Source: Felis catus
Taxonomy: Eukaryota
DNA: 64,000 bases
Direction of reading: 5' to 3'
Assembly (NCBI RefSeq): GCF_018350175.1
Contig: NC_058368.1
Coordinates: forward strand, 71,922,001-71,986,000
The notes under the pieces are model-generated. The model searched no databases. It was not told where the DNA came from and saw nothing but the letters and a program-made list of their open reading frames with translations. Each line of letters opens with the position of its first letter. The first letter of the stretch is position 1. Below, piece after piece: positions 36,879 through 49,475 of this stretch. The position numbers and the translations under genes were made by a program.

Positions 36879-38372
36879 TCTTAGTTTAAAGATTGAAGGT
36901 AGCCCTTGTTGTGTATATGTCTTTATTAGTTTGTGTGAGTCTCAATGTTTACATCCTCAAATAAATGCATGAACTTTGCAGACAGTGAAGAATACTGAAG
37001 GCTCCCTAAGTACTCACATACCGATAACATTTCAGTTAGAGTTACCTTTATTCCCTTCAAATTGAGTGTGATTAAATATCTGTGTACTTTGTTATTAAGT
37101 AACACGAAGGGTGTGAGTTTCTCATTATCAGCTCTAACTATCAATAATACAATTAACCTTTAACAAATATATAAAAACTTACAAACCAATGGAAGGTGGT
37201 CTCCTTCAGTGTTCTCCTTGGAGACATAGGCCAATAATGATGCCATTTCTCAAGTCAAGGGCACCCAACAGCTGGTGCCTTGAATCATGAATCTCAGCAT
37301 TTCTGGAGATGGTTCAGATTTTCTTCCCATTCTTTCTTCTTCCAGGCTGATATCAGAGCTACTTTTACCTGCAATGTTAGCATAATGCCAAGTGCAATCA
37401 TTGTCTTAGATCTGATTTCTAGGCATCCTAACAATAATTATTCATATCATTAAATATTAGTCAGTGTTGAGATAAGGTTTATTTATTGCCACACAAAATT
37501 CTATTCTCATATGATTGGTTCACATATTTTGCAGCTCAAGCAAAAACTGTGATTTTTGGTGAAAAAAACAAATCAAGGGGGAACACTTTCATCACCCTGG
37601 TAAAAACCTGATTTGGGATGATTCTTGGAATTGCTTAGCAACAAAACACTTTCATTTTATAACACTGGGTGCAATTTGACTGCTCAAAACACAATGAGAT
37701 GGAAATTTTCATTCGTCCACTTAAAGATTTTCCACTGTTATTGCAGATGTTTAAGTGGATTTCTCAGAAACATGCTGGAATTAAAAATAACAGCTTCCTT
37801 TTGAATTAGTGCCTTTTTATCTTTTGGAGGCATTTTGGGGGAGAAACTTTGTTGTTCAACACCATTTTAACCAATAACACAATGATCATCATGAAGATCA
37901 TTTACCAAAAGCATTTATTAAAAGCATTTTCCTGGACTGAAGAGGTCTGTTGCTATATGAAAGAAGTATTTCATTAAAGACTACCTTAACACTGCAGGAG
38001 CATCTATGCAGTCTTCTGTGTTATTTTTTTCAGGAGTGTCAGGAGGCATTTTGATGAGCAGGCAGGGAGGCTAGTGAAAAGTGGTTTGTAGTTAAAATCC
38101 TGCCAAATTTGACTCCCCAACATTACCTCTCTCCTTAATTACAAACCACTAAGATGATTATCCTGTGTCAGTTTGGCATACAGAAGATTCTGGGTGTGTG
38201 ACGGTGGGTGTGCATAGTTCAGAGAAGGATAAAGGGGAGAATTATTGCTGTGCCCAGAAAGTGCATGGGCTTCTTCTGGGTTGTGTGAGAAACCCCAGTT
38301 TGCCACTAACTGGTATGTCTCAGAGATGCACCTGGTCTGAGTACCAGCTGTGAGATCCTTAGAGATAACACC

Positions 38373-38434
38373 TTTTTTTTAGGTTTATTTATTTATTTTG
38401 AGAGAGAGGGAGGGAGTGAGAGAGAGAATGACAC

Positions 38435-38492
<58 letters not shown>

Positions 38493-38623
38493 AGAATCCT
38501 TAGCAGGCTCCATGCTGTCAGTGCAGAGCTGACCACAGGGCTCTATCTCATGGACCCTGAGATCATGACCTGAGCCAAATTCAAGAGTCGGAGGCTTAAC
38601 CATCTGAGCCACCCAGGTGCCCC
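38373..38623 (-). mobile_element. CAN-SINE with expanded (GA)n
   Basis: T-tail, ~25 GA units, ends ccacccaggtgcccc. Confidence 0.96.
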
Positions 38624-38895
38624 ACAACTTTCTAACCTACATGCAATACATGCTTGTTTAAGTGGAATAGATGGGAATGGAGCACTGTGTGTAATTGCCT
38701 TTTTTTAATTAATAGGAAATTACTAAAATACTAATCTTGCCTTACTAGTTTTCAATCACTAATTTTCAAACAATTAGAAAAATATATTTAGTATTAAAAT
38801 GACAGTGGTCATAATCTCAAGCATCACCCCTTTGGAAACTTTCCCACCTGGTTACATCCTGCCCCCATTTTAACCAATTTCTAATCCCAGAGTGG

Positions 38896-38936
38896 GTTTT
38901 GTTTTGTTTTGTTTTGTTTTGTTTTGTTTTGTTTTT
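38896..38936. repeat. (GTTTT)n microsatellite
   Basis: About 8 units. Confidence 0.95.
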
Positions 38937-40895
38937 CCCCAGAGCACTTAGCACCACCAGAAAGGATCAGAAGTGTGTTGGGTTACATGCCCAGTGTATT
39001 TTCTCATCTAGAAAATACTACACTTTCTCATCTAGAAAATACAGGCACTGTGCCTGTCTCGTCCACCACAGCATCCCAGCATCTGGACAAGCTCCTGGCA
39101 CATAGTGGGAACTCAGTGTACTTGTTGACTGAAGGGATAGACTTCAAAGTATCTTGGAGTAAGGGTTTCCGAACTGTGTGTCAAGGAAAATGATTTCTGT
39201 GGAATTTTAGTAAATATTTCGTGATAAAGGGGACCTGAGGTAAAATAAATTTGGGAAATGATGTAAACAAAGCTAAACAGATGTAGTAAACATAGGATTT
39301 CTCAGCATCTTTGCAAATCCTCATTATCTCATCACAGAGCCCTCTTTTGTTGAGGAGCATCTTAACCAACATTCAGAGCACCAGACTTTGGGAAATGTTG
39401 CTGAATAGAAAATGAAGACAGTTCTGTTACTTGGGATTAGTGGTGACTTGGAATCCATATATACATAGGAATACAGTACAGGAGGTTAGATGTGCCCCTT
39501 TAAGTGAAGTAATCCACATCAAATGGCCAGTAAAGTTGGGAAGTGTGTGTGGGAAAAAGGTGGAATTGTGGTATGGGGGGAGCCTTGGGTATGGTTGAAT
39601 CATACATCTGACCAACTTGTTCATTTCTTGAGCCTAATGATTCCCTGAGAATAGCTCAAGGTCATATGGCAAAGCACGAAGACAAGAGAAGCCAGAGCAA
39701 TAGTTCTGTTTTTATGTCGTGAACTTCTGTGACCTTCATGTATCAGCAGTGTATCCATTCAATAAGATGCCTTTTACTTTTTTCTATGACAGTCCCTTTT
39801 ACTTTGCTTTTTAATCACAATGCTTTCTATTTAAGAACCACCTTTTGACCTTGATCTTGGGTGTACATTTTTCTCCTGGACTTTCAATAAGTTTTTTAAA
39901 ATGATCTTTTGACTTCTTATGGGATTTTTTTCTTTTTTACTTTTTTCAGCTATGCATTTGATATTATTTCCCTAACCAATGCTATTATTTTACAATGGCA
40001 CCTCTTCCCAAAATTGAATAATCAAATGGTTTTCCTCCCCCTGGTCATGTCCCTCCTGATATTATTATGTTAAATTTGATCCTATGGTGGGAAAATACCA
40101 CAGAGTTGTTCTACCTCATATGTTCTCTGCATCATTTTTTATTGCTCAAATCCTAGTCTAATTTATTTCTTTCTCTTTGGTGTATCAAAATTACCTATTC
40201 TATGGAATGGTAACTTACCAAAAAAAAAAAAGCTCAAGTTTTGCATTTTGTTCCTGATGGGTTATTTGGCCACCATGTAGGAACCTAAGATGGTCCTTAC
40301 CACTACATGGCCTAATTTTACCTATTTCTCAGTTTGCATAAACATGTCCTTCTAGTCTTAATGCTGGTAGGTGGTCTATGTCTGAGGTTCCTCACGTGCA
40401 GACCATGAATTCCAGTGAGTCACTGAGTGAATTACTTCCCGAGTCTGAATAGCCACTAAACATGTCTGTAAGCTGAATAACATCTTGGATGTGTTTGGAT
40501 GAGTATTTTTCAAATGTAAGTGGCACTTAAAATTAATTAAGGTATTTAAAAGCATTAACACATTCATAGGGGTTTGTTTTTTGATGTATTTTCTTAGTAA
40601 ATATTATAAAGTATAAATACTATCTTATAAGAGACTAGGAAATGTTTTGGTGTTAAAAGCATCCTCCATGTGTCTTCCCTCTTCCTGTAAGATGTTTACC
40701 CCGTTACAGTACATGTTGTTGTCCCTGCACATTATGCTTCACATAATTCTACATTCCCTCCTATTCCTCTCTTGCTTTTAGATTTTATACTCAGCAGTGT
40801 ATCAAATGTTTGTAAGAGTGTGGTACCCCTTTACTTTAATAATACCTGTTCATTCATTTTTCATACATTGAAAAATATGCATAGGGCTCACACTG

Positions 40896-41050
40896 AGTGG
40901 TTCTCACCCCTGGCTGCCTATGAGAATCACCTGCAGGGCTTGAAACACTACAGAGGACCCCCATCCACTGGATGAGCATCTCCTGGGAGGAGAGGGTAGT
41001 TGGGCACCTCTGGTTTGGGAGGTCCCCAGGAGATTCAAATGCATAGCAAG
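40896..41050. mobile_element. MER5A-like fragment
   Basis: agtggttctcacccctggctgcc...agaatcacctgcagggctt...tccccaggagattcaaatg. Confidence 0.6.
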
Positions 41051-41714
41051 TGGGGAGAAACAACTGCCAGCTGTGGGCCAAGTGTTGTGCTTGGTGCCCA
41101 GCTTCACAGGAGTGAAAAGCGTTAGATGTGGGAATCATTTTGTTTGAGAGCCTGGCCTTGTGGGAAGTCTCCCAGCAACTTCTCTTTGAGTCCAGTCAGC
41201 TTGTCCACAATTGTATTGTATTCCAAGACCCTGCAATTATTGCACAGAAATGGTTTACTTAATTAGAAAATGCCAGATAGAAGCATTTGATTCTTGGCCT
41301 TAAAAGCTCAGATACCAGACTGCCTGGCTCTAAGCTGCATGCCTGGCAAAGTGCACGCACAATGCCTGGCACATAGGCATTAATAAATACTTGTGATGAA
41401 TGAACAATCGACTAAAAGAGCAATGCTTGGTATAAAGGGCTTGTTGGCCAACTTCAGAGTTTCAGTTTTTCGTTGTGGGGGAAAAGTGCCCAGAAGAAAA
41501 ATTCCTGACTCCTAGAAAGTGGTCACTTACATGCAAGGCTGTTTCTATTACATATCCCAAGCCTATTAAATTTCAAGCATATGAGAGTCCTTACTGCCAA
41601 AGATTACAAATTGTCCTTAATTCCGAGCAGAATAAACTAAATTGAGGCTTCTTTCCTCTTGAAGCATTTACCAATTTTTTTTTTTTTTGGTTGCTGATAT
41701 TGTTCTGTTTGGTT

Positions 41715-41792
41715 TCCTTCCCTCCCTCCCGCCTGCCTGCCTGCCTGCCTTCCTTCCTTCCTTCCTTCCTTCCTTCTTTCCTTCTTTCCTTT
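41715..41792. repeat. Compound (CCCT)/(GCCT)/(TTCC)n microsatellite
   Basis: Directly visible. Confidence 0.9.
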
Positions 41793-41799
41793 GCAGGCT

Positions 41800-42090
41800 A
41801 AGGAGACTTTAATTCTGCTACTTGCCCACTAGATGACTTTGGGCGATCTAGGGAAGCTTTGTCCCTTGTATTTCCTCATCTGTAAAGTAGAAATAACAAC
41901 ATCTCCCACATCCTGTTTTAGGACACTAGATAACATATAAAAACAGATTTAACATGATACATAGAAAGTGCTAAATAAATGTAAATCATATTTATGCATA
42001 CTCTAATCCTCTCATTTTACAGATGAGGAAAATGAGACCCAGAGAGTTTCACCAACATGTTCAAGGTCCCTCAGCTACTTAGGACTGGAT
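41800..42090. mobile_element. Two MIR fragments tail-to-tail (+ ~41800-41985; - ~42003-42090)
   Basis: tttcctcatctgtaaa on + and cattttacagatgaggaaa on -. Confidence 0.65.
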
Positions 42091-42921
42091 ACATGCTTAG
42101 AATGTGGTGGCAGAGGTAGATGCCTTGGGGAGGACTGTACCTTGATGATAGAAAGCATCTGTAATAACAGGAAGGTGGCCTAGGTAGGACTCTGTAGGAA
42201 GTATGTGTAAATCTGTAACAAAATTCCCGAGAATAGAAGTGAGGGTGATGATGAAAATAATAGAAGAGGGTGACTACAGGTAAGAGGCACATAGGGACTT
42301 TGGCCACATGAAAGGCAAGTGGAACAAGCAGGAATGGTGTATCAGGTATTTATTTCAGAATCATACTGCACAAGAAACCACTCCAAAACTCAGTGGCTTA
42401 AAATAATAAGAATTTATTACTTGCATGTTGGAGTGGTTGACTAACTGCCAGCTGATCTGGGGCGAGTGCAGCCGGGATGACCAGGGCATCTCTGCTCCAC
42501 TCCATACATGTCTCGTCTTGCATCAGGCTGACCCAGGCACACTCTTCTGATGACGGCAGAGGGCAGGAGTGAGCAAGCAGTGATGCACACGTGTTTTTCA
42601 CAACTGTATTTGCATTATACCTGTTAATATCTACTGGTCATAAGGTAAGGCACAAGGCCAAACGTGCTTTGGGAGTGAGGCATGTGCTTGATAGGACCTA
42701 GATTCTGCTTTCTAAGAGTGGTTCCTCAGTCTGCTGTCCCCCATAGCTCTTGTCTCTGCCTGCTGAGTTGTCCTTGGTTTTGTTTTCCTTCTTGGCTGTT
42801 TCTGAAGAGGGATTGGAAGATCTACTTTTGAAGGACTTTCTCAGCCTGCTTCTTGTGTCTTGAATAATCTTGGTTTCTTTTAAGTCATTCTTTGTGTCAA
42901 AAACCAAACTCACAAATTTTT

Positions 42922-43586
42922 GTTAACATTTTTTATCTTTATTTTTAAAAATTAATCAATTATTTTTTTAGTTTATATCCAAGTTAGTTAGCATGTAGTG
43001 CAACAATGATTTCAGAAGATCCCTTAATGCCCCTTACCCATTTAGCCCATCCCCTTCTCCCACAACCCCTCCAGCAACCCTCTGTTCTCCATATTTATGA
43101 GTCTTTTATGTTTTGTCCCCCTCCCTGTTTTTATATTATTTTTGCTTCCCTTCCCTTATGTTCATCTGTTTTGTATCCTAAATTACTCATATGAGTGAAG
43201 TCATATGATATTTGTCTCTCTCTGACTAATTTCGCTTAGCATAATACCCTCAAGTCCCATCCATGCAGTTGCAAATGGCAAGATTTCATTCTTCTTGATT
43301 GCCAAGTAATACTCCATTGTATTTATATACCACATCTTCTATATCCATTCATCCATTCATGGACATTTGGGCTCTTTCCATACTTTGGCTATTGTAGATA
43401 GTGCTGCTATAAACATTGGGGTGCATGTGCCCCTTCGAAACAGCACACCTGTATCCCTTGGATAAATGCCTAGTAGTGCAATTGCTGGGTTGTAGGGTAG
43501 TTCTATTTTTAATTTTTCAAGGAACCTCCATACTGTTTTCCAGAGTGGCTGCACCAGTTTACATTCTCACCAGCAGTGCAAAAGAG
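42922..43586 (-). mobile_element. Carnivore L1 3' fragment inside the MaLR internal region
   Basis: ORF2 C-terminal peptide [11 protein letters not shown]...[14 protein letters not shown]; 3' UTR; degenerate TSD caaactcacaa 42905 / caaacccacaa 43587. Confidence 0.92.
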
Positions 43587-43747
43587 CAAACCCACAATGT
43601 TTTGGAGACATGCTTCTCTCTCTATGCAATTGTTGATGTTTTCTGCATTTTATATTGCTGCAGAACAATGCCCTTAACAATTTTGAATGCCCATTTGTTG
43701 AGTTTAGTGAGTCTGCAAGGCACCACCTTATTTATCCAAGAGGTCTT

Positions 43748-43959
43748 TTTTTTAAAGTGTATTTCGTTTTGAGAGAGAGCACGAGAGAGAGTGCACACAC
43801 GAGTGGGGGAGGGGCAGAGAGAGAGGAGACAGAGAATCCCAAGCAGGCTTCATGCTGTCAGTGCAGAGCCCAATGCAGGGCTCAAACTCATGAACCGTGA
43901 GATCATGACCTGAGCCAAAATTAAAAGACACTTAACCGACTGAGCCACCTACATGCCCC
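43748..43959 (-). mobile_element. CAN-SINE
   Basis: TSD ttatccaaga(g/a)gtctt 43732-43747 / 43962-43977. Confidence 0.97.
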
Positions 43960-45406
43960 AATTATCCAAGAAGTCTTAACAAAAGATCTCACAGACACAC
44001 CTTGATTTGTCTTTACCCATGGCCATGTCTTAATTTGAGAATATTTTCTGGCTTGAAAGGTTGAGGATGAAAACAGTCTTATTTTCCAAGTTAGCAGAGT
44101 ATGGCACATCTATATTCCAAGTTCAACTTGCAAGTTGTTCAGTTATTTTCTGAGTTCATCTCTTTCTTGTAATACTTCATTATATACAGCTAGTTTAAAA
44201 CAGCTGACACAGTGTTCTGCCTTAAACTTTCTTTGCTGAAGTCTAAAATTTCATCAGGAACATTTTCTAACTTACATTACATAGTTTGCCACTATGATAA
44301 CATGAGTCCCCAACTTGCCATTCTCTTAAAACAGTTTTCTTACCACTTTTCTAGGTTTCTACAGCAGGTTTATTTCCATTTTTCTAGACTCTACCTACCA
44401 CCTGGTCACAAAGCCAATGCCATATACCTTGGGTTTTTGTTATAGCAATATCTGTGCACCTGCCTACCAATTTCTGAGTCAGTTATTTATTGCTACAGTA
44501 ATGGGACACAACCACCAGCCCAAATTCCCTGGCTTAAAATAATGTGTTTATTAGTTATGCCTGTAGGTTCTTGGGTGGACTTGTATATCTGGAGGTTGGT
44601 TGACTGTCAGCTGCTCTAGCTGGGATCACTGGAGCAACTTAGTCCTGCTCCATATGTCTCTTGTCTTCCAGCAGGCTAGCCTGGTGATGTTCTCATGCTG
44701 GTAGCAGTGCTGGAGAGCACGCAAGCACCACATGCAAGTGCTTTTCAAGACTCTGTGCTACACTGGCTAACATCCCATTAACCAAAGTGAGTCACATACC
44801 AAGTCCAGGGTTGGGGAATTCTACCCTGCCCACTAAAAGGTAATGATATAGGGACAGGCAAAGAATTAAGGTCATTTGTGTAACTGATACAGATAGAAAG
44901 TGAGAAAGGACGTTACCTCTAATGCTGGCCCATGAAGGACACTTGGGGTCCAAGATCTGGTGTTCAACTGGGAATCAAGAATGACTTTGCAAACCAGAAG
45001 AGACAATCAACTTTTTGTATCAGAGGAGAAAATGAGGGTCTAATTCAGCAGCAGGGCACCATGACCATGATGGAGACAGGACAGACAGCAAAATGAAAGT
45101 AAGGAGGGTGTTTGATATTACAACTTTGGTAATTTGTATATTTATTTTCACAGAAAAGATCTCATTCAGTAGGTAAGGGATGTTAGGAGCAGAATCTGGT
45201 GTTCTAGGAAAAGGATTAACAAGAACTAGTAGGGGCTGAAGGCTCTAGTCATGCTAGTTAAGAGTCAAGGTTATGTTTTGTCCTATGGCACGGGGGAGAT
45301 TAGAGCACTTGGCAGGGAAAGAGTGGACTCTTGAAAATGGAGTCTCATTATCAAAGAAGGGGTTAAGGATGTGGAAATTATGGGAATCTGTGTAGAAAGC
45401 GTTAAG

Positions 45407-45560
45407 TGTGAAACTGAGAGGAGTGTGAGATTTCACCCTTCTTTACAAGTTCACAGGTCAGCCTGCCACACTTATATACATACTGACAGGAAGCAAGCGT
45501 GAGGTCCCTGGATCAGAGACTGTTTATTACTCATAGAGCCTTGCGCATGGATTTCGAAGC
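45407..45560. mobile_element. MER54/MER74-like ERVL LTR fragment
   Basis: tgagatttcaccctt...cagcctgccaca...cctggatcagagactgtttattactca; similar to 32736-32900. Confidence 0.45.
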
Positions 45561-45599
45561 CCCAATTCCTACAGAACTGCAGGAGAGCTACCTAGAATG

Positions 45600-46180
45600 T
45601 TGTAGTTAAAGCACTACAGGCCAGAGGAAATTGTTCTTCTTTCCCAGTGTGGTCACGGTAGCCCGACTGACAGAGGAGTGTGTGTGGGATTAGGGGCTTG
45701 GAGGGCAGAGGGAGGTGAAGTGGGGAAAGCAAGGATAAACTGGGATCCACGGGTACTAGCTGGGATCCAGGAGGATGGACTGCAATCTGTGTTGGTCTCT
45801 CCCTGCCTTCTAACCTCCAACTTTGGTGATGGATATGTGGACCTGCAGCAGTGGGCAGCCTTGGCAGCAGGCCTCCTGGCCTCGGAGTCACAGAGGTTGA
45901 AGCAGGGGATTCAGCAGGGGCTAGAGTTGCTGTAGGCCAGCAAGGTGAGCAGGCAGACCAACAGTGCTTCCGGCCGTGCTCTGACCTTCAAAGCCTTGAA
46001 AGCAATGTGGCTGTTACTTCACTGCCATCTTCCAAATCGCCCGCAAAATGTCTCTTGCCCTCCCTGCAGAATTACACACACACACACACCCACGTGCATG
46101 CACACACATACACACACACACACACGTACTCACGCAGGAATTCTGGGAAATGTAGTTTGAGCTTATCTAAATTGATAGTC
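45600..46180. mobile_element. LTR50-like ERVL LTR carrying an APOA4-like segment
   Basis: ggataaactggga...ctgccttctaacctc...gacctgcag...ctgaccttca...ttccaaatc...ggaattctgggaaatgtagtt...agcttatctaaattga resembles recalled LTR50. Confidence 0.55.
46074..46126. repeat. Imperfect (CA)n
   Basis: Directly visible. Confidence 0.9.
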
Positions 46181-48599
46181 CTTATCCCCATGCCCTGATC
46201 TGTGTTAATTAGACTCAGGAGACACCTCTGATTCCTCCTTTCACTCTGGTCTTACATACGGGCTTTCAGACTGTTTATAAATCTTTCAGCCTTCTCTTCT
46301 CTGCACTATGCCATCCTAAGCCTCCGTCTTTTCCTTGTATTTTTGCTACTCTTGAATCATCCTCTTTCTCTTATTTGTATTCTCCGAGACTCCCCATCAC
46401 TCCGTAGATGATGTGGCTGTGTGCCAGGTAGTACCCTGGCAAAGCCCCAGTGAGTCTCGGCTTATAGGAATGAGAACCTCATGGTTCCCATGCTTTGTTC
46501 TATTTCCTTATGATTTTGAAGCTGTGTTTATGCTGAGCTAGGTGTGCATTGTGTTTCTGCAGTCAAGTGTGCCTTGTTAGGAAGCCTGTCTTCCATACAG
46601 ATTTACTGAACCTGCTGCCGACTGCATGCCCTGATTGCGAGTGGGTCAGAGTGTTTTTCCTAACAAAGAAGAGCAGTGTGCTTTGGCACAGCTGCTTGGT
46701 ATTTTTCCTAGAATGCTAGAAGGAAGCAGACATTCATTTGGTTTTGCCAGTCTCTCTTTGTCTAAATTGTCCCATTTGGCTTAGCCTGTTGGCTTTAGTC
46801 TATTAGAATAGCGATGTAGGAAACCATTCCTCTTGGTTTATGAGCTTGAACCCAAGTGCATCAACATGTGCCTTAGCAGGACAGAGATTTACATAAATAT
46901 TTCTGGGCTATCAGATCTCTGTGAGGACCATTTCCACGTTCCAGATGTAGGGTATGAATGTGCAAATCCCACGTGGAGATCACAGTTCACTAACTTGTGG
47001 ATGGCCCCGCAGAGTAAAGAAGTGATTCAGTATAATGACTCTGCACGCTGTAGATGAGAGACCCAGAAACCACCGTTCTTTTGGCGCTGTTTTAAAATTT
47101 GGGCAAGGAGCCACATTTCTGAGGGAAGGAAAACTGCATTTTCCTTTTTGTAGTCATAAAAAAAATCTTGAGCATTTCGGAATAAGCAATATTCATCTCT
47201 CAATTAGTATTAACAGCTAATCAGGGTGCAGCAGGATAGTAGAGCTCTCGTCAAACAGCAGGCAGCTTGTTTTATTTTTTCAATGCCACTTAAAGATTAT
47301 TTGAAAAATCTCCTTCAGAGACCAGTGTGTGGGGAGCCATGTACCCTCAGTCAGAATTTAAAGTGATCCAAAATACAATATTAATGATTGATGCACAAGC
47401 TCACAGTTTGGTGCTGGGGTTTAATTAGATAAGCATTGCAGCTGTTTTCGGGTGCAGGCAACTTGATGGGGAGCAAAGCTGTTATGTGACTTCCCATCTA
47501 CAGGGTATCTATTGAAGCGGAAACAGAAGCAAGCTACTAGGAATTATGATGATGACATTCTTTTGCAGAGCTGAAATGAGCAGACATCCAATTGTGGGGG
47601 AGGGAGAAGCATTTTGTAATTAAAAAGGTGGTCTTGGATCTTCTATTCAATTTGTTGCTGAACTGAACACTCATAAAAAGCAGCTCGTGTAGCCAAGCCA
47701 TGATCTGGCGAGACGCGTGCAAAGCTCTTGCATGTGTGGCCCCCTTGGTCCATATACCACTTTGCAGCGTACAAAATCCTCTTGTCTCAAATCCACCCTT
47801 CACCTTGTAGGCATCCCAGTTGCCATCAGGTCATCTAGTGTCTCATTCATGCAGACATATACCTGCAGTAGCTGCTTTGGAATCACTCGATCTCCCTGAA
47901 GACTTGAGAAGAACTTAAACTTGGTTCAATAGTGTTTCATTTCACTGAGTCAAAGAGATTGTCAACATCTAATTACTGTAAATTTGGAGTCGTCTGTGTC
48001 TCATACTAGAAATGACTAGAATGTGCTGGATAGTGTCTGTCTGCAACTAAGCTTCAGCAGGTGTGTGTGACCTCTATCACGTGAGACAGCTAAAGAGTAC
48101 AATTTGTTGTAGCTCATTGTAAATTAAATGTGCAAGACTTCAAGAATGCGTCCCACTGGACTGAGGCTCGGAACTCTCACACTGAAAGTAGTATTGTTAA
48201 ATTGATCTTTAAAACCTCTCTTTCCAACAAAAAAGGAGCCTGTCTAGTCTAGGTGTTCTATGTTGTGAAATAATTATAATAGCCACCTATGAAATAAATT
48301 CTTGATGGCTCATTGTCAATATCTACAAAATGTGTGGTTACACATGACCGCTAAGTATTTTATTTTTATTGTGTAGTGAATTTTAATGAGCCTTCTCCTG
48401 ATTGTTTTAAATCAATTTATGAAAATGTAGAATGAACCTCTTTCAATGTAAGTCAGGGAGAAATGAATCTTTTGGGAGGTACATTAACTCTCTTGGGTCA
48501 TTAAGCTGTCATTCCTTGAACTGAGAAGGGATATGTGCACTGCTTTGTTCCTTCTTGTTAAAGGTGTCACAAGGGGAACAACCAGGAATTGGAAAAGTT

Positions 48600-48740
48600 G
48601 AAAGGTCCTAGTTTGGCCATTTCCTAGCTGAGTGATCTTGGTCTGTTTGCTAAGCCTTGAGCCTCTCTTTCCTCATTTGCAAATTAGGAAGAATGACCCC
48701 TTCCCTCCTTATATTCTGGGGCAATATTGAGTATCCAATT
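48600..48740 (+). mobile_element. MIR fragment
   Basis: ccatttcctagctgagtgatcttgg...tgagcctc...tttcctcatttgcaaa. Confidence 0.6.
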
Positions 48741-49346
48741 GGATGGAACGTGTCTTTAGGTTTAGACCTGAAGCTGAGTGTTTCTAATATTCTTCAGATG
48801 CACTTGTAATCAATTAATAGTGGCTTCTGTGAGGCAGGTCTCCACAGTCCACACCATAAAGCTACTGAGAACAGATGACTGTCTCCTAAACTTTCCACTG
48901 AGAAAGGACAATGGCTGTGCTTGGGTTTCCAAAGCTTTTCCTAATGGTAATACTTTTACCACCTGTTGTTGGAGGGAGTTTGGAAGGAGTGTAAGATCAT
49001 TCACACAGACACAAAAATGAGGAAAATCAGATTTTGTGCACAATTGATTAAATTATAAGTTAAAACCTGGACCCATGCCTTCTGGTTCCAAGGTGAGTGT
49101 TGTCCTCTTTCTGGTGGATTGTCTCTGCAGACAGCCTGCAGATAAATGGAAATGGAGAGGTGGACTATAGAGGAAATGTGTGTTTGACTTTGGAATTGAA
49201 GAGTGCAGAGAACAACAAAACAGTAATTCATTAGAGAAGGTCAGTAAGCTTAGCAGCAAGCTTGTCAGAAGCACACTGAGGATAACTGCCTTGTGTATGC
49301 ATGACAGTTGGCTGTATGGAGGATTTTTTAAAAAGTAGAACGTACT

Positions 49347-49475
49347 CCACGAATATTCTTGTTCTGATTTTGTAATAATCAGGGGAGGCTGAACATTCGC
49401 TGTATTAAGACCATGCATGTGTCCCGAGATCTAGTTCTTACCCTAGGTCTGGTTTTATCAATGCTCATGATAAAC
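49347..49475 (+). ncRNA. SNORA72: Retroposed copy (probable pseudogene) of H/ACA snoRNA SNORA72/U72
   Basis: Closely matches recalled human SNORA72 over its length (cgaatattct...tgttctgattttgtaata...aacattcgct...ttaagaccatgcatgtgtccc...ctagttct...ccctaggtctggttt...aatgct...tgataaac); two hairpins visible (cgaat/attcg, ctgatt/aatcag; gcat/atgc, agatctag/ctaggtct); terminal ATA box 49470-49472 plus 3 nt. Confidence 0.88.

Larger units (their letters stand above)
42338..44891 (-). mobile_element. MLT1 (H/I/J-like) MaLR with two LTRs (~42338-42690, ~44475-44891) and internal region
   Basis: Two similar same-strand LTR copies (tggcttaaaataat, ctgctcca...tgtctc, tttttca); MaLR-int-like junction ctaccaatttc|tg at ~44464-44476. 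Confidence 0.6.
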
